Under the pieces are notes generated by a model. That model ran no database searches. It was given only the letters and a program-made list of their open reading frames with translations, and was not told where the DNA came from. The translations under genes were made by a program, and so were the position numbers. DNA of 64,000 bases from an uncultured Candidatus Saccharibacteria bacterium (GTDB lineage: Bacteria; Patescibacteriota; UBA1384; 2-12-FULL-50-11; DASWYB01), in the NCBI GenBank assembly GCA_964372935.1, contig CAYJRF010000002.1, forward strand, positions 24,330 to 88,329. Reading direction: 5' to 3'. Of the stretch, positions 22,841 through 34,565 are shown in pieces. Within the stretch, counting starts at the first letter, position 1. Each line of letters begins with the position of its first letter.

Positions 22841-25800
22841 TGGATCGTTCTGCTCTTTCAACCAAAAATCCCCGAATGTCCGAGTCGACTCAACGACCGA
22901 CTGATTTTTCGGCGATTCGAATTTCCATCGCCAGTCCGGAGGATATTTTGGAATGGTCGTTCGGTGAAGTAACCAAACCGGAAACAATCAACTATCGAAC
23001 CCAAAAACCGGAGCGCGATGGTCTGTTTGACGAGCGTATTTTTGGTCCCACTAAAGACTGGGAATGCTATTGCGGCAAATATAAGAAGATTCGCTACAAA
23101 GGGGTGATCTGCGATCGTTGCGGGGTGGAGGTAACGCGAGCCTCGGTGAGACGCGAACGCATGGGACACATCAAACTTGCCGCGCCGGTAACCCATATTT
23201 GGTATGTTCGCGGCGTCCCGTCAATTTTAGGTCTGGTGCTCGACCTGTCTATTACTGATCTGGAACGCATAATTTACTTTGCCGGATTTATTATTGTCGA
23301 GGTGAACGAAGCGATTCGCCGACAAAGTTTGGAAGATCTCGAGAGAGATTATAAAGAGTTAAAAAGCCGACTGTTGAAAGACAATCCGATGCCCCAATCG
23401 CCGGAAATTATCCAGCTAGACGCTCAATATAAAGCCACCAAATCGGAAATCGAAAATTTGCAGGTAAAAAAAGTTATTCACGAGACGAAATATCACGAGA
23501 TTTCGCTCAAGTATGGTCAAATTGTGCGGGTCGGCATTGGCGCGGAAGCGGTGGCCGATTTACTGGAAAGTTTTGATCTCAGCGCCGAGCTTAGCCGGTT
23601 GAAACTTCAAGTGGAGACGGCCCAAGGGGCAACATTGCGACGGGTGCTAAAACGACTTAACTTACTTACGAATATGAGCAACGCCAATATCGCTGTGACC
23701 TCGCTGATCATGGCCATTTTGCCGGTGATTCCGCCTGATTTACGGCCGATGGTCCAGCTAGATGGCGGACGATTTGCCACCAGTGATCTCAATGATCTCT
23801 ACCGGCGGGTATTGAATCGCAATAACCGACTCAAGCGGCTCTTGGCCCAAGGGGCGCCGGAAGTTATTGTTCGGAACGAAAAAAGGATGTTGCAGGAAGC
23901 CGTAGACGCCCTGATCGATAATTCGGCGCGGCGCGGAAGGGGTGTGGCGACTGGCACGGCCCAGCGAAAATTGCGCTCCCTCTCCGATATGTTGCGGGGA
24001 AAACAAGGTCGCTTTCGCCAGAATTTGTTAGGCAAGCGGGTGGACTACTCGGGACGTTCCGTAATCGTCGTCGGACCGAACCTTAAACTCGATGAATGCG
24101 GGCTCCCAAAAACGATGGCCTTAGAGTTGTTTAAACCGTTCGTCATTTCTAAGTTGATCACCGAAGGGCACGTTCATAACGTGCGCAACGCCACGCGGTT
24201 GATCGAACGCGGCACGCCCGAAGTCTGGGAAATTTTGGAGCGAATCACCGATCAACAATACGTGCTGTTAAACCGCGCTCCAACCTTGCATCGCTTGGGT
24301 ATTCAAGCGTTCCATCCCGTGTTGATTGAGGGTAAAGCCATTCAACTCCACCCGCTGGTGTGTCAGGCATTTAACGCCGACTTCGACGGAGACCAAATGG
24401 CAGTTCACGTGCCCCTGTCGACTCAAGCGCGCAGTGAAGCGGAAAATATTATGCAGTCAACCCGTAACCTTCTTAAACCGGCGTCCGGCGAGCCGATTGT
24501 GGCGCCAAGGTTGGACATGGTGTTTGGTTGCGCGTACTTAACGTCGGTTGAAGCCGGCGGAAAAGGCGAAGGCATGATCTTTGCCTCGCCAAACGAGGCG
24601 ATTGTCGCCCGTCAGCTTGGTCGAGTGTCACTGCGTTCTATCGTCAAAGTCATGATAGGGGAAGAGGTAGTCGAAACTACGGTAGGTCGGTTGATTTTTA
24701 ATGAGGCCATGCCACCGGAGCTCGGCTACCGAAACGAAGACATGGATGCCAAAAAATTGAAGGCGATCGTTGCCTATGTTTATAACAATTTGGGAATCTC
24801 GGCGACTGCCCAGCTGGCCGACAGATTGAAAACCCTGGGGTTTGTCTACGCCGAAAATTCCGGCATGACAGTCTCGATGTCCGACATTGTCGTTCCGGCT
24901 AAAAAGGATGAGCTTATCGCCGAAGCCCAGCGTCAGCAGTTGCGCATTACTCAACAGTATCGGCAAGGGTTGATCGCCACCCGCGAGCGCATCCTGAAAA
25001 CGGTGGATTTGTGGCAGGACTTGAGAGACGTTCTGACGAAAGAAATGAAGAACGAGTTTGAAGCACACAATCCAATTGCCATGATGGTGAATTCCGGGGC
25101 TAGAGGTAATTACACCCAGTTGAGCCAGATTGGTTGTATGAAAGGACTGGTTGTCAATCCCGCCGGCGAATATATCGAAATTCCCATCATCCACAATTAC
25201 AAAGAGGGTTTGTCGGTTTTTGAGTATTTTATTTCTACTCACGCCACCCGGAAAGGGCGCTCGGACATCGCCTTGCGGACGTCGGACGCCGGCTACCTGA
25301 CGCGTCGGCTGGTAGACGTGGCTCAAGACGTGATTATTAACGAGGAAGATTGCGGTTCAACCCGAGGGATCGTTTTCACTCGAGCCGAGTCCGACGAACT
25401 GGCGATCAATTACGCCGAACGTCTCTTGGGGCGGGTGGTTCTGAAACGGATTATTCTGCCCGGGTCTAAGACGCCTTTTTTGAACGTCAACGACACGATC
25501 GACGAGGCCGCCGCCGCTCGGCTTTTTGAGGCCAACGTTGAGTCTGTCACGGTCCGTTCGCCACTTTATTGTCTCGACCGTTCTGGACTTTGCCGCTCCT
25601 GCTACGGCCTGGATCTGGGGACCGGTCGTAACGTTCGTCAAGGCGAGTCGGTGGGAATAATGGCGGCTCAAGCCATTGGCGAGCCGGGGACGCAGTTGAC
25701 CATGCGGACGTTTCATTTGGGCGGAGTCAGCGGGACAGATATCACGACCGGATTGCCGCGCGTCGAAGAGTTGTTCGAGGCGCGCATGCCACAAGAACCA

Positions 25801-26667
25801 GCAATTCTGGCCGAAATCGGCGGGCGCGTCAGTTTGAGCGAGTCGCGCGATATTCGCACCATCACCATTAGCTCCGACGTTATGGATCGAGAAGAAATTT
25901 CTGTCCCAGACCCATATGAGATAATCGTTGCCGGCGGAGATATTGTCAAGCCGAAGCAAGTCGTTGGTACCGCCACTGAACGTAAAGCGTTGCGTTCGAC
26001 TATCGGTGGTCGAGTGACCATCAAAGGACGGAAGGTGATCGTTGATGCTCTCGAAGCGATTAAGCGTGATTACGCCGTATCGACAGCCGTGACGCTTTTA
26101 GTCCAAGACGGCAGTGATGTTAGCGCTGGGACTCAACTGACCGAAGGCCATCTTGACCTGGGTCAGTCGCTGGAATTGCGCGGTCTCGAAGCGACCCAAA
26201 AGTATATTATCCACAGCGTCCAGGAAGTTTACGCCGCTCAAGGACAAAGCATTAACGATAAGCATATCGAAATCATCGTCCGACGAATGTTCTCAAAAGT
26301 CCGTGTCATCGACGCGCCCGACAACGCCTATCTAATTGGTCAGCTTTATGACGCGCTGGAACTGGAAACTCTCAACGCGACGCGACTAAAAAAGAAACAG
26401 CCGGCCATCCAAGCGACGCCGACAGTTCTTGGCATTACCCGCATCGCCCTCAAAACGGAATCGTTCCTGTCCGCCGCCAGTTTTCAGGAGACATCAAGTG
26501 TTCTCATCGACGCCGCCGTCCGCGGGGCGATTGACCCGCTTCACGGTCTGAAAGAAAATGTTATCATCGGCAAGCTCATTCCCGCCGGAACGGGCCACGC
26601 CGGCTGGCACAATAGCGACAAGGTTAAACCAAAGTCCGCCTCCAAGGGTAAATCGCGCAAGTCTTGA
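22840..26667 (+). CDS. rpoC: DNA-directed RNA polymerase beta' subunit
   Basis: 1275 aa with zinc motifs CYCGKYKK...CDRCG and the catalytic NADFDGDQM. Confidence 0.97.
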   Translation: MDRSALSTKNPRMSESTQRPTDFSAIRISIASPEDILEWSFGEVTKPETINYRTQKPERDGLFDERIFGPTKDWECYCGKYKKIRYKGVICDRCGVEVTRASVRRERMGHIKLAAPVTHIWYVRGVPSILGLVLDLSITDLERIIYFAGFIIVEVNEAIRRQSLEDLERDYKELKSRLLKDNPMPQSPEIIQLDAQYKATKSEIENLQVKKVIHETKYHEISLKYGQIVRVGIGAEAVADLLESFDLSAELSRLKLQVETAQGATLRRVLKRLNLLTNMSNANIAVTSLIMAILPVIPPDLRPMVQLDGGRFATSDLNDLYRRVLNRNNRLKRLLAQGAPEVIVRNEKRMLQEAVDALIDNSARRGRGVATGTAQRKLRSLSDMLRGKQGRFRQNLLGKRVDYSGRSVIVVGPNLKLDECGLPKTMALELFKPFVISKLITEGHVHNVRNATRLIERGTPEVWEILERITDQQYVLLNRAPTLHRLGIQAFHPVLIEGKAIQLHPLVCQAFNADFDGDQMAVHVPLSTQARSEAENIMQSTRNLLKPASGEPIVAPRLDMVFGCAYLTSVEAGGKGEGMIFASPNEAIVARQLGRVSLRSIVKVMIGEEVVETTVGRLIFNEAMPPELGYRNEDMDAKKLKAIVAYVYNNLGISATAQLADRLKTLGFVYAENSGMTVSMSDIVVPAKKDELIAEAQRQQLRITQQYRQGLIATRERILKTVDLWQDLRDVLTKEMKNEFEAHNPIAMMVNSGARGNYTQLSQIGCMKGLVVNPAGEYIEIPIIHNYKEGLSVFEYFISTHATRKGRSDIALRTSDAGYLTRRLVDVAQDVIINEEDCGSTRGIVFTRAESDELAINYAERLLGRVVLKRIILPGSKTPFLNVNDTIDEAAAARLFEANVESVTVRSPLYCLDRSGLCRSCYGLDLGTGRNVRQGESVGIMAAQAIGEPGTQLTMRTFHLGGVSGTDITTGLPRVEELFEARMPQEPAILAEIGGRVSLSESRDIRTITISSDVMDREEISVPDPYEIIVAGGDIVKPKQVVGTATERKALRSTIGGRVTIKGRKVIVDALEAIKRDYAVSTAVTLLVQDGSDVSAGTQLTEGHLDLGQSLELRGLEATQKYIIHSVQEVYAAQGQSINDKHIEIIVRRMFSKVRVIDAPDNAYLIGQLYDALELETLNATRLKKKQPAIQATPTVLGITRIALKTESFLSAASFQETSSVLIDAAVRGAIDPLHGLKENVIIGKLIPAGTGHAGWHNSDKVKPKSASKGKSRKS

Positions 26668-26699
26668 GCTTGTTGACGACATCGGCTATAATTCCAAGT

Positions 26700-27128
26700 A
26701 TGCCGACAATCCTTCAGCTCATTCGTAAGCCGCGACGCAAGGTCGCGCGCAAATCCGATTCTCCGGCTCTTCATCGATCACTCAATACTTTACGTAATCA
26801 GGTCCGGACGATCCGCGACGGCCGACCGTTCGTGCGCGGGGTGTGCGTTCGCGTCACTACCATGACACCTAAGAAACCAAATTCCGCCCTGCGGAAAATC
26901 GCCCGCGTTCGGTTGTCCACCGGTCAAGAAGTCACCGCCTACATTCCCGGCGAACGCCACAATCTCCAAGAACACGCCGTGGTCTTGATTCGCGGAGGCA
27001 GGGTGAAGGATCTGCCCGGGGTGCGCTATCACATTGTCCGAGGCAAGTTCGATCTTGCCGGAGTTCAAAATCGTCGTCAGGGACGCTCGCGCTATGGCGC
27101 TAAAGCCGTCAGCGACGCTAAAAAGTAG
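26700..27128 (+). CDS. rpsL: 30S ribosomal protein S12, with an N-terminal insertion
   Basis: [10 protein letters not shown]...[10 protein letters not shown]...[22 protein letters not shown]. About 15 extra residues between SPAL and RGVC. Confidence 0.9.
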   Translation: MPTILQLIRKPRRKVARKSDSPALHRSLNTLRNQVRTIRDGRPFVRGVCVRVTTMTPKKPNSALRKIARVRLSTGQEVTAYIPGERHNLQEHAVVLIRGGRVKDLPGVRYHIVRGKFDLAGVQNRRQGRSRYGAKAVSDAKK

Positions 27129-27141
27129 TTAGGCGAATACT

Positions 27142-27615
27142 ATGCGCGGAGCAAAACCAGTTAAGCGACGAATCATTGCGGTCGATCCGAAATACCATAG
27201 CTTGACGATCGCCAAATTTATCAACAAGGTAATGCTGAAAGGTAAAAAAAATACCGCTCGGGGATTAGTCTATCGCGGTTTGGACGCCTTGGAGCAGTCG
27301 ACTCATCGTCCCGCGGCCGAGGCATTTGATGTCGCGATCAATAATGCCGCCCCGAATGTCGAGGTAAAATCAAAACGGATTGGCGGAGCAACCTATCAAG
27401 TGCCAACGGAAGTCCGTCCCGACCGGCGAATTACTTTGGCAATGCGCTGGGTTATTCAAGCGGCGCGCAACCGCCAAGGGAAGCCGATGGATGTTCTCTT
27501 AGGAGAAGAGCTTCTGGAAGCGTATAACGCCACCGGCGTGGCCGTTCGCAAACGCGAAGAGACCCACCGTATGGCCGAAGCTAACAAAGCTTTTGCCCAT
27601 TTCGCGCGGTTTTAA
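27142..27615 (+). CDS. rpsG: 30S ribosomal protein S7
   Basis: Typical S7 sequence, 157 aa. Confidence 0.95.
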   Translation: MRGAKPVKRRIIAVDPKYHSLTIAKFINKVMLKGKKNTARGLVYRGLDALEQSTHRPAAEAFDVAINNAAPNVEVKSKRIGGATYQVPTEVRPDRRITLAMRWVIQAARNRQGKPMDVLLGEELLEAYNATGVAVRKREETHRMAEANKAFAHFARF

Positions 27616-27632
27616 GTGTTCGCGTCGCGGCA

Positions 27633-27851
27633 ATGCGAATTCAATTTTATCTCCTTAACCGGACGTACATTGCCGAGGATGTCACGACCGGCTTAGTCAC
27701 TTACGGCTCAAATCAGGATGAGGCTCGAGGGCGTTTGGAAGTGTTAGTTAGCCGGTACTGGGAGGAAAAACGCGTCGTCGTGCCGATCGTCAAAATCGAG
27801 TCCGACGCCCCTCGTCCGGAGACGCAATCGGCGCCAAAACGACAATCGTAA
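27633..27851 (+). CDS. Small hypothetical protein (72 aa), possible HicB/UPF0150-like fold
   Basis: Beta-beta-helix pattern RIQFYLL..GLVTYGSNQDEARGRLEVLVSRYWEE resembles HicB-like antitoxin domains. No SD. 17 nt after the rpsG stop. Confidence 0.3.
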   Translation: MRIQFYLLNRTYIAEDVTTGLVTYGSNQDEARGRLEVLVSRYWEEKRVVVPIVKIESDAPRPETQSAPKRQS

Positions 27852-27899
27852 CGCCACGGCGTTCGGTTGGCGAGATATTTTCCGAATCTAGGAGTTGTT

Positions 27900-29987
27900 A
27901 TGCCACGAGAAGACAATCTTGATCAGACCCGTAACATTGGCGTAATCGCTCATATTGACGCGGGCAAAACGACCGTCACCGAGCGGATTCTCTACTACAC
28001 CGGAAAAACGTATAAAATCGGCGAGGTTCATGAGGGGGCGGCCGTGATGGACTGGATGGCTCAAGAGCGCGAGCGGGGCATCACCATTACCGCCGCGGCC
28101 ACGACAGCGTTTTGGACGCCGACGGATGACCCCAAAGGAAAGTATCGTCTCAATATTATCGACACTCCCGGCCATATTGATTTTACCATCGAGGTCCAAC
28201 GCTCGCTTCGTGTCTTGGACGGAGCGGTCGTGGTGTTTGACGCTGTCGCCGGAGTGGAACCCCAATCCGAAACCGTTTGGCACCAAGCGGATAAGCTTGA
28301 TGTCCCGAGAATTTGTTTTATCAACAAAATTGATCGTCTGGGCGCCGATTTTACCCAAGCCGTAGCATCGATTAAATCGCGTCTTCACGCCCCGGCGATC
28401 GCCGCCCAGTTGCCCATCGGCAACGAAGACAATTTTCGAGGAGTCGTCGATTTATTGAGTCGCCAGGCTGTTTTCTGGTCTGATCCGCTGGGAGACAAAC
28501 TTGATTACGGTCCGATACCGGACGATCTCGCCACAGCGGTTGAGACGGCGAGACACCAGCTGATTGAAAAAATCGCCGAAACCGATGACACCTTGCTCGA
28601 AGCGTACCTGGGCGGTGAAGAGCTGGAGTTGAGTCAATTACGCGCCGCTCTGCGCCGCGCCGTGATTGCCATAAAACTCTTTCCGGTATTTGTCGGCAGC
28701 GCCTTGAAAAACAAAGGCATCCAAACGCTTCTCGATGCCATCGTTCACTATTTGCCGTCGCCATTGGATATCCTACCCCAAACGGGAATAAACCCTAAAA
28801 CCGGGAAAAATGTTAGCCGCGTGGTATCCGATGACACGCCTCTAGCGGCTTTGGCGTTCAAGATTGCCGCCGATCCGTTCGTGGGCGTTTTGACGTTTAT
28901 TCGGGTTTACTCGGGAATATTACGTTCGGGATCGTACGTTTATAACGCCACCAAGGACGAACGGGAGCGAGTGGGCCGAATTGTCCGTCTACACGCCAAT
29001 CACCGTGAAGACGTGACAGCAGTTTATGCCGGGGAAATAGCCGCGGCGATCGGTCTGAAAAGCGCCACCACCGGCGACACGCTGTGTGACGAAGCCAACC
29101 CCGTTGTCCTAGAGTCTATCGTCGCGCCAGAGCCGGTAATTTTTATGGCTATCGAACCAAAAACCAAATCCGACCAAGAAAAAATGGGCTTAGCCCTCCA
29201 GAAATTAGTCCAAGAAGATCCCACGTTTCGTGTTTCCACCAACCCCGAAACCGGTCAAACGATTATCGGCGGCATGGGAGAACTGCACTTGGATATTATT
29301 GTTGATCGCATGAAGCGGGAGTACGGCGTTGGAACCAACGTGGGCCAACCCCAGGTCGCCTATAAGGAAACAATCCGTCGCGCGGCTCGCGGGGAGGGGA
29401 AATATATTCGCCAGACCGGCGGGCGAGGTCAGTACGGTCATGCCGTCATCGCCGTTCAACCTCTGGCTCGAGGCGACGGCGTTACCTTTGTTAATAAAGT
29501 CGTGGGCGGAGCGATTCCCAAGGAATTCATTCCGGCGGTCGAGAAAGGTATCCGCGACGCCCTTGGCCGCGGCATCGTCGCCGGTTTTCCCATGACTGAC
29601 CTAGAAGCAACCCTGACCGACGGCAGTTTTCACGAAGTCGACTCGTCGGAAATGGCGTTTCAAATCGCCGGCTCAATGGCGATTCAATCGGCCGCCAAAG
29701 CCGCCGACGCCGTCGTTCTGGAACCAATCATGAAAGTTGAAGTCATTACGCCGGAGGATTTTATGGGCACAATTATGGGCGACTTGAACGGCAAGCGGGG
29801 CCAGATCGAACAGATGGCGGAACGAGTGTCCGGCGTCAAGGCCATTGACGCTTTTGTGCCGCTGGCGGAAATGTTCGGCTACTCCACCACCTTACGGTCA
29901 ATGTCCCAAGGCCGCGCCAGCTATACCATGGAGTTTAATCATTACGCCGAAGTTCCCAATCATATCGCTCAAAAATTGGTGAAATAA
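27900..29987 (+). CDS. fusA: Elongation factor G
   Basis: [22 protein letters not shown] and full EF-G domain order. Confidence 0.95.
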   Translation: MPREDNLDQTRNIGVIAHIDAGKTTVTERILYYTGKTYKIGEVHEGAAVMDWMAQERERGITITAAATTAFWTPTDDPKGKYRLNIIDTPGHIDFTIEVQRSLRVLDGAVVVFDAVAGVEPQSETVWHQADKLDVPRICFINKIDRLGADFTQAVASIKSRLHAPAIAAQLPIGNEDNFRGVVDLLSRQAVFWSDPLGDKLDYGPIPDDLATAVETARHQLIEKIAETDDTLLEAYLGGEELELSQLRAALRRAVIAIKLFPVFVGSALKNKGIQTLLDAIVHYLPSPLDILPQTGINPKTGKNVSRVVSDDTPLAALAFKIAADPFVGVLTFIRVYSGILRSGSYVYNATKDERERVGRIVRLHANHREDVTAVYAGEIAAAIGLKSATTGDTLCDEANPVVLESIVAPEPVIFMAIEPKTKSDQEKMGLALQKLVQEDPTFRVSTNPETGQTIIGGMGELHLDIIVDRMKREYGVGTNVGQPQVAYKETIRRAARGEGKYIRQTGGRGQYGHAVIAVQPLARGDGVTFVNKVVGGAIPKEFIPAVEKGIRDALGRGIVAGFPMTDLEATLTDGSFHEVDSSEMAFQIAGSMAIQSAAKAADAVVLEPIMKVEVITPEDFMGTIMGDLNGKRGQIEQMAERVSGVKAIDAFVPLAEMFGYSTTLRSMSQGRASYTMEFNHYAEVPNHIAQKLVK

Positions 29988-29992
29988 AAAAT

Positions 29993-30016
29993 CCGGAGCC
30001 AACGATGTGGCTCCGG
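29993..30016. terminator. Stem-loop CCGGAGCC-N8-GGCTCCGG between convergent fusA and the minus-strand ORF, with a T-run on the minus strand
   Basis: 8-bp perfect stem. A-run on the plus side corresponds to a T-run following the hairpin on the minus strand. Confidence 0.6.
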
Positions 30017-30041
30017 TGGGAGGCAGCGGCCCTCCCTCTCC

Positions 30042-30917
30042 CTATGGAGGGGGACTGGACCGTCTCCCCGGCGGCGGCTGGTTTTTGGCAATGAAGACCC
30101 GCCGTAGGTCCCCAACGGCCGCTTCGAGCGCCCGATAGGCGCGGTTATCCGGCCCGTCGGCGCGATAGTCGCCGCCGAGGCGGCTGAAAAACCCGCCGCT
30201 CTCGCCGCGGACGGCGACATCGCGCGCCGAGCCGACGGCCTTATAGACCGCCAGGACGACTCCGTCCTCGCGGCGCCGCACACTCGCGGCCAGGCCGAAA
30301 TGGGTCATTTCGCTGGACCAGTCGGCCTGCCGCCAGCTGTTCCAGCCGCCCAAAAAAAGCGAGGCGGCGCTGGAGCTGGAAAGCTCGATTGCCTCCAGCT
30401 CGATTACGTAGCGGGCCACTTTGATGGTGGCCCTACGCGCCAACGTCTCGGGAGCCACCTCCGGATTGCTCCGTAAGTACTCCCGATCTTCGCTCTCGTC
30501 GCGGATTCCCGCGACGTCGAGCGACACTACCGCCCCGACCCGTTCGTCGGTTAGGGCGCTCCGAACGGCCGACACCAGCCAGTTGGCGTTGCCAACATAG
30601 CTATAGCTGTCCGGCGACAGCCGCAGTTCTATGGTTTGGCCGGCGAAGTCAAACGCCGGCTGGGCGGCGTTGTATTTCGCCAACGCCCCCGACACATATT
30701 CGCGCTGCCGCCGATCGGCGCTGCGGCCAACGAAGCCGCTGCCCAAAGCCGCCGCCGCGGCGCCGAGGTTAATCGGGCCGTCGTGGCGAGCCCCGCCGCT
30801 CGCCCGCTCGAGCAACGAGCGGCCGAGCGACTTGGCGAGATCGCCCAAATTTTGGGCCCGCGCCGCCGTCGGCGCAAGCGCCAGCAACGCCACCAACGAT
30901 AAAAACCGCAACCGCAC
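30042..30917 (-). CDS. Secreted protein of unknown function in a high-GC cassette; weak CsgG/LpoB-like resemblance only
   Basis: GTG start with AAGGAGG SD. Sec signal MRLRFLSLVALLALAPTAARA-Q. About 68% GC against ~54% in flanking genes. Confidence 0.6.
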   Translation of the reverse strand: MRLRFLSLVALLALAPTAARAQNLGDLAKSLGRSLLERASGGARHDGPINLGAAAAALGSGFVGRSADRRQREYVSGALAKYNAAQPAFDFAGQTIELRLSPDSYSYVGNANWLVSAVRSALTDERVGAVVSLDVAGIRDESEDREYLRSNPEVAPETLARRATIKVARYVIELEAIELSSSSAASLFLGGWNSWRQADWSSEMTHFGLAASVRRREDGVVLAVYKAVGSARDVAVRGESGGFFSRLGGDYRADGPDNRAYRALEAAVGDLRRVFIAKNQPPPGRRSSPPP

Positions 30918-30952
30918 TTGTGGCCTCCTTTCTCGATAACAAGTGTGGTAGA

Positions 30953-30981
30953 ACTATACTATAAAAGGTATGATTTGTCAA
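30953..30981 (-). promoter_or_regulatory. Minus-strand promoter TTGACA-17-TATAGT for the high-GC secreted-protein gene
   Basis: The reverse complement reads TTGACAaatcataccttttatagTATAGT, followed by the AAGGAGG SD and GTG start. Confidence 0.5.
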
Positions 30982-31038
30982 TACCTCTTGCCGGTGTTCG
31001 GCATATAACCGGAAAACGACCTTAAAGCCCAACCCCTG

Positions 31039-31067
31039 TTGCGTCGGATAGTCAAGCGATGTATAAT
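31039..31067 (+). promoter_or_regulatory. Candidate tuf promoter TTGCGT-17-TATAAT
   Basis: Perfect -10 with 17-nt spacing, ~80 nt upstream of the tuf SD AAAGGAG. Confidence 0.45.
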
Positions 31068-31150
31068 TACGGCTGATGATGCGACCTTAATTGAGCCGAC
31101 ACATCAGGTGGGTGGCCGTCACGCCATCGCTAAACTAAGAAAGGAGCTCC

Positions 31151-32332
31151 ATGGCCGAAAAATTTGACCGTTCGAAACCGCATGTTAACGTGGGCACTAT
31201 TGGCCATGTTGATCACGGTAAAACCACCCTGACGGCGGCGATTACCGCCGTGCTCGCCAAGGAAGGTCACGCCCAAAAGCTGGGGGTTGATCAGATTGAT
31301 AACGCCCCGGAAGAGAAGCAGCGCGGCATCACTATTTCCTCTTATCACGTGGAGTATGAGTCGGCCAATCGCCATTACGCCCATGTTGACTGTCCCGGAC
31401 ACGCCGACTACGTCAAAAATATGATCACCGGAGCCGCTCAAATGGACGGCGCCATCTTGGTTGTCTCGGCCGCCGATGGGCCAATGCCCCAGACCCGAGA
31501 GCACATTTTGCTTGCCAAGCAGGTTGGAGTGCCCCATATCGTTGTTTTCTTGAACAAAGTTGATCAGGTTTCTGATCCGGAACTACTCGATTTGGTTGAG
31601 GAGGAAGTTCGCGACCTGCTCAAAAAATACGAGTTTCCCAGCGATAAGACGCCGATTATCCGCGGCTCAGCCCTGAAGGCTCTCGAAGGAGATGCGACAG
31701 CCGAGGCGCAGATTAAAGAGCTTGTCGACGCCCTAGACACCTATATTCCGTTACCGCCGCGCGAGGTTGATAAACCTTTCCTGTTACCGGTGGAAGACGT
31801 TTTTTCGATCAAAGGTCGGGGAACGGTTGCCACCGGTCGGATCGAGCGTGGCCAAGTGAAAGTTGGCGAGGAAATCGAAATAATTGGTTTGCGACCAACG
31901 AAAAAGACCGTTGTCACCGGAGTGGAAATGTTCCGAAAACTCCTTGACTCCGGTCAAGCCGGCGACAATGTCGGGTTGCTTTTGCGCGGAATTGAACGAA
32001 CCGATATTGAACGCGGTCAGGTTATTGCCAAACCCGGTTCAATCACGCCCCACACCGAATTCGAAGCCGAGGTGTACATTCTGACCAAAGAAGAGGGCGG
32101 CCGTCATACGCCGTTTCAGAAGGGATACAAGCCGCAATTCTACATTCGGACAACCGACGTTACGGGCGAGGTTAAACTGCCGGAGGGCACCGAGCTGGTT
32201 ATGCCCGGCGATACCATCAATTTCCAAGTCGTCCTTATTCAGCCGATCGCCATCGAGGCCCAAATGCGCTTCGCTGTTCGCGAGGGCGGTCGAACAGTCG
32301 GGGCGGGAGTGGTAACCAAAGTTATCAAGTAA
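31151..32332 (+). CDS. tuf: Elongation factor Tu
   Basis: [23 protein letters not shown] and NKVD; 393 aa. Confidence 0.97.
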   Translation: MAEKFDRSKPHVNVGTIGHVDHGKTTLTAAITAVLAKEGHAQKLGVDQIDNAPEEKQRGITISSYHVEYESANRHYAHVDCPGHADYVKNMITGAAQMDGAILVVSAADGPMPQTREHILLAKQVGVPHIVVFLNKVDQVSDPELLDLVEEEVRDLLKKYEFPSDKTPIIRGSALKALEGDATAEAQIKELVDALDTYIPLPPREVDKPFLLPVEDVFSIKGRGTVATGRIERGQVKVGEEIEIIGLRPTKKTVVTGVEMFRKLLDSGQAGDNVGLLLRGIERTDIERGQVIAKPGSITPHTEFEAEVYILTKEEGGRHTPFQKGYKPQFYIRTTDVTGEVKLPEGTELVMPGDTINFQVVLIQPIAIEAQMRFAVREGGRTVGAGVVTKVIK

Positions 32333-32415
32333 ACCGTCCTAACCAAAACGCCGTTGAGAGCGCGTCTGTTTTAAGGTTAAGCGCGACAACTTACCGGTCA
32401 CAGGAGTCGCACATT

Positions 32416-32733
32416 ATGGCTAAGAAGTCAGAACAAAAAATTCGTATTAGGCTCAAAGCGTACGATTATCGTTTGATCGATAAAACAGCCCGAACCATTC
32501 TGGACACGGCCGAACGTACCGGCGCGGTGGTCAGCGGTCCGATTCCCTTGCCAACGGAACGAAAGTTAACCACCGTTAACCGTTCGACGTTTATTCATAA
32601 AGACAGTCGCGAGCAGTTTGAGATGCGGATACATAAACGCCTGATTGATGTCTACGATCCCACGCCCAAGACAATCGAAAATCTCACAACTCTCGATTTG
32701 CCGGCTGGCGTTGACATCGAAATAAAAATGTAG
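32416..32733 (+). CDS. rpsJ: 30S ribosomal protein S10
   Basis: [15 protein letters not shown]...GPIPLPT. Confidence 0.95.
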   Translation: MAKKSEQKIRIRLKAYDYRLIDKTARTILDTAERTGAVVSGPIPLPTERKLTTVNRSTFIHKDSREQFEMRIHKRLIDVYDPTPKTIENLTTLDLPAGVDIEIKM

Positions 32734-32750
32734 CCTCGCGCGTCGTCATT

Positions 32751-34553
32751 TTGGCCCATCAACCCGTTTCTCTAACTGTTTTTTGGCGCTATTTTCGACC
32801 CTATAAGTGGTTGATATTAGCAACGTTTACATTTCTGATCGCCAGCCGAATCGCCACCACCGCCGAGCCGCTTTACTTAAAACGGATTATTGATGCTCTC
32901 ACCGATCACCTCTCGCTGTCCGCAGTCTTGGCGATTTTGGTCTGGTACTACGCCATTCGAATGTTGGCGATTGTTTTTGAATATTTGCGAGACGTTATTT
33001 TTTCTCCGGTAATCATGGGTGTTTCCAGGGATTTGGAAGTGGCCGTGTTCGATTACTTGTTAAAATTGCCGGTGCATTATCACGCCGACCAACGAGCCGG
33101 CGCCGCGGTTCGGTCAATCGCTCGCGGAGCGCGCGCCATCACTTTTATGCTCGATTTCTCGGTGTCGCAATTTTTGCCGCCGATTTTCGAGCTGTTGTTT
33201 GTCACCGGACTACTCCTCAAGCTCTATTCGTGGTATTTCGGCGTCATCACTCTCCTGACTCTGGTATTTTACGCCTGGTTTACAATTTGGAGCACGGAAA
33301 GGCGCCAAAAATATCGGATAGAGGGCAATCAACACGACGATCTGGCCGGAGGCATTCTGGTTGATTCCGTGACGAATATGGACACGGTGAAATATTTTAA
33401 CAACGAGATGACCCAATTTAATAAATTTGTCTCAATCAAACGACGATGGTTCGATTTGATGGTGCGCAATAATCGTCTCTTTGCTCTTATTTTCGGTACT
33501 CAAGGAATGATATTGCTCGCCGGGCTGGGGTTGATTCTGTATTTGGCCATTCGTCAGGTGACTCAAAACGTCATGACGGTCGGCGACTTAGTTCTGGTGA
33601 CGATTTACATCGCCCGTCTGTCGGCGCCAATCACCACCTTGGGCTTTGTCTACGGTCAATTTAAGAACAGTTTTGCCGACCTTTACGCCATGAACGACAT
33701 TTTTCATCAGCCGATAGAGATCGAGGAGCCGATCAACCCCACGCCATTACCCAATCCCCAGGGTCGCGTGGTGTTTGATCGTGTTACTTTTAGCTACCTT
33801 GGCCGAGAGCCAGTTTTGCGGAATATCTCCTTGCGAATCGAACCGGGTCAAAGCATTGCCTTTGTGGGTGAGAGTGGCGCTGGAAAATCAACAATTTCTC
33901 GCCTGTTGTTCCGGCTCTACGACACTACTTCGGGCGAAATTTTAATTGACGGCGTGCCGTTGCGTCAAATTGATCGGGAAACGCGGGGACGCGTCCAGAG
34001 CATTGTCCCGCAGGAGCCGGCCTTGTTCAACGACACCATCGCCAACAACATTAAATTCGGTCAGCCATCGGCGACCATGGACATGGTTATGGATGCCGCC
34101 AAAGCGGCTCAAATCCACGACTTTGTCCTGACTCTTCCCAAGGGGTACGACACCGTGGTGGGCGAGCGGGGCGTCAAAATCAGCGGCGGCGAAAAACAGC
34201 GCGTCGCCATCGCGCGCGCCATCATCAGAAACCCGAAAATACTTCTCTTTGACGAAGCCACCAGCAGTCTCGATTCGAAAAGCGAAAAGGCCGTTATGAG
34301 CACCATCCACAATGTCGCGAAAGGGCGAACAACCATCACCATTGCCCATCGGCTGTCAACGATCATCGACGCCGATGTTATTTATGTCCTCCGTCGCGGA
34401 AGAATCGCTGAATCCGGAACGCACGAACAGCTCTTAGCTAAAGGAGGTGTCTACAACAGCTTGTGGCAAATTCAGTCGCGCGCTCCAACGCGTCAACCGC
34501 TGTTGCCGGAAAGTCGTTCTCGCGCCGAAACTCTTGTTGACCAAGAAAGATGA
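32751..34553 (+). CDS. ABC transporter, fused permease-ATPase (type I exporter, MsbA-like)
   Basis: Six-TM N-terminal domain plus Walker A GESGAGKST, signature LSGGEKQRVAIARA, Walker B ILLFDEATS and an H-loop. TTG start. Confidence 0.85.
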   Translation: MAHQPVSLTVFWRYFRPYKWLILATFTFLIASRIATTAEPLYLKRIIDALTDHLSLSAVLAILVWYYAIRMLAIVFEYLRDVIFSPVIMGVSRDLEVAVFDYLLKLPVHYHADQRAGAAVRSIARGARAITFMLDFSVSQFLPPIFELLFVTGLLLKLYSWYFGVITLLTLVFYAWFTIWSTERRQKYRIEGNQHDDLAGGILVDSVTNMDTVKYFNNEMTQFNKFVSIKRRWFDLMVRNNRLFALIFGTQGMILLAGLGLILYLAIRQVTQNVMTVGDLVLVTIYIARLSAPITTLGFVYGQFKNSFADLYAMNDIFHQPIEIEEPINPTPLPNPQGRVVFDRVTFSYLGREPVLRNISLRIEPGQSIAFVGESGAGKSTISRLLFRLYDTTSGEILIDGVPLRQIDRETRGRVQSIVPQEPALFNDTIANNIKFGQPSATMDMVMDAAKAAQIHDFVLTLPKGYDTVVGERGVKISGGEKQRVAIARAIIRNPKILLFDEATSSLDSKSEKAVMSTIHNVAKGRTTITIAHRLSTIIDADVIYVLRRGRIAESGTHEQLLAKGGVYNSLWQIQSRAPTRQPLLPESRSRAETLVDQER

Positions 34554-34565
34554 AAACGGTATGAT
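34537..34565 (+). promoter_or_regulatory. Candidate internal promoter TTGACC-17-TATGAT overlapping the ABC gene stop and feeding rplC
   Basis: Hexamers at 34537-34542 and 34560-34565. rplC ATG at 34621. Confidence 0.35.

Noticed and set aside
24628-25959. Two long minus-strand ORFs (232 and 200 aa) inside rpoC
   Set aside because: They are antisense to the universally conserved beta' gene and have low-complexity translations.
30963-30981. Imperfect inverted repeat ggtat-N9-atacc upstream of tuf
   Set aside because: It is explained by the minus-strand -35 TTGACA of the high-GC cassette promoter. The symmetry is short and imperfect.
32333-32415. Possible terminator hairpin in the tuf-rpsJ spacer
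   Set aside because: Only 4-5 bp of complementarity and no U-run. tuf-rpsJ read-through is more likely.
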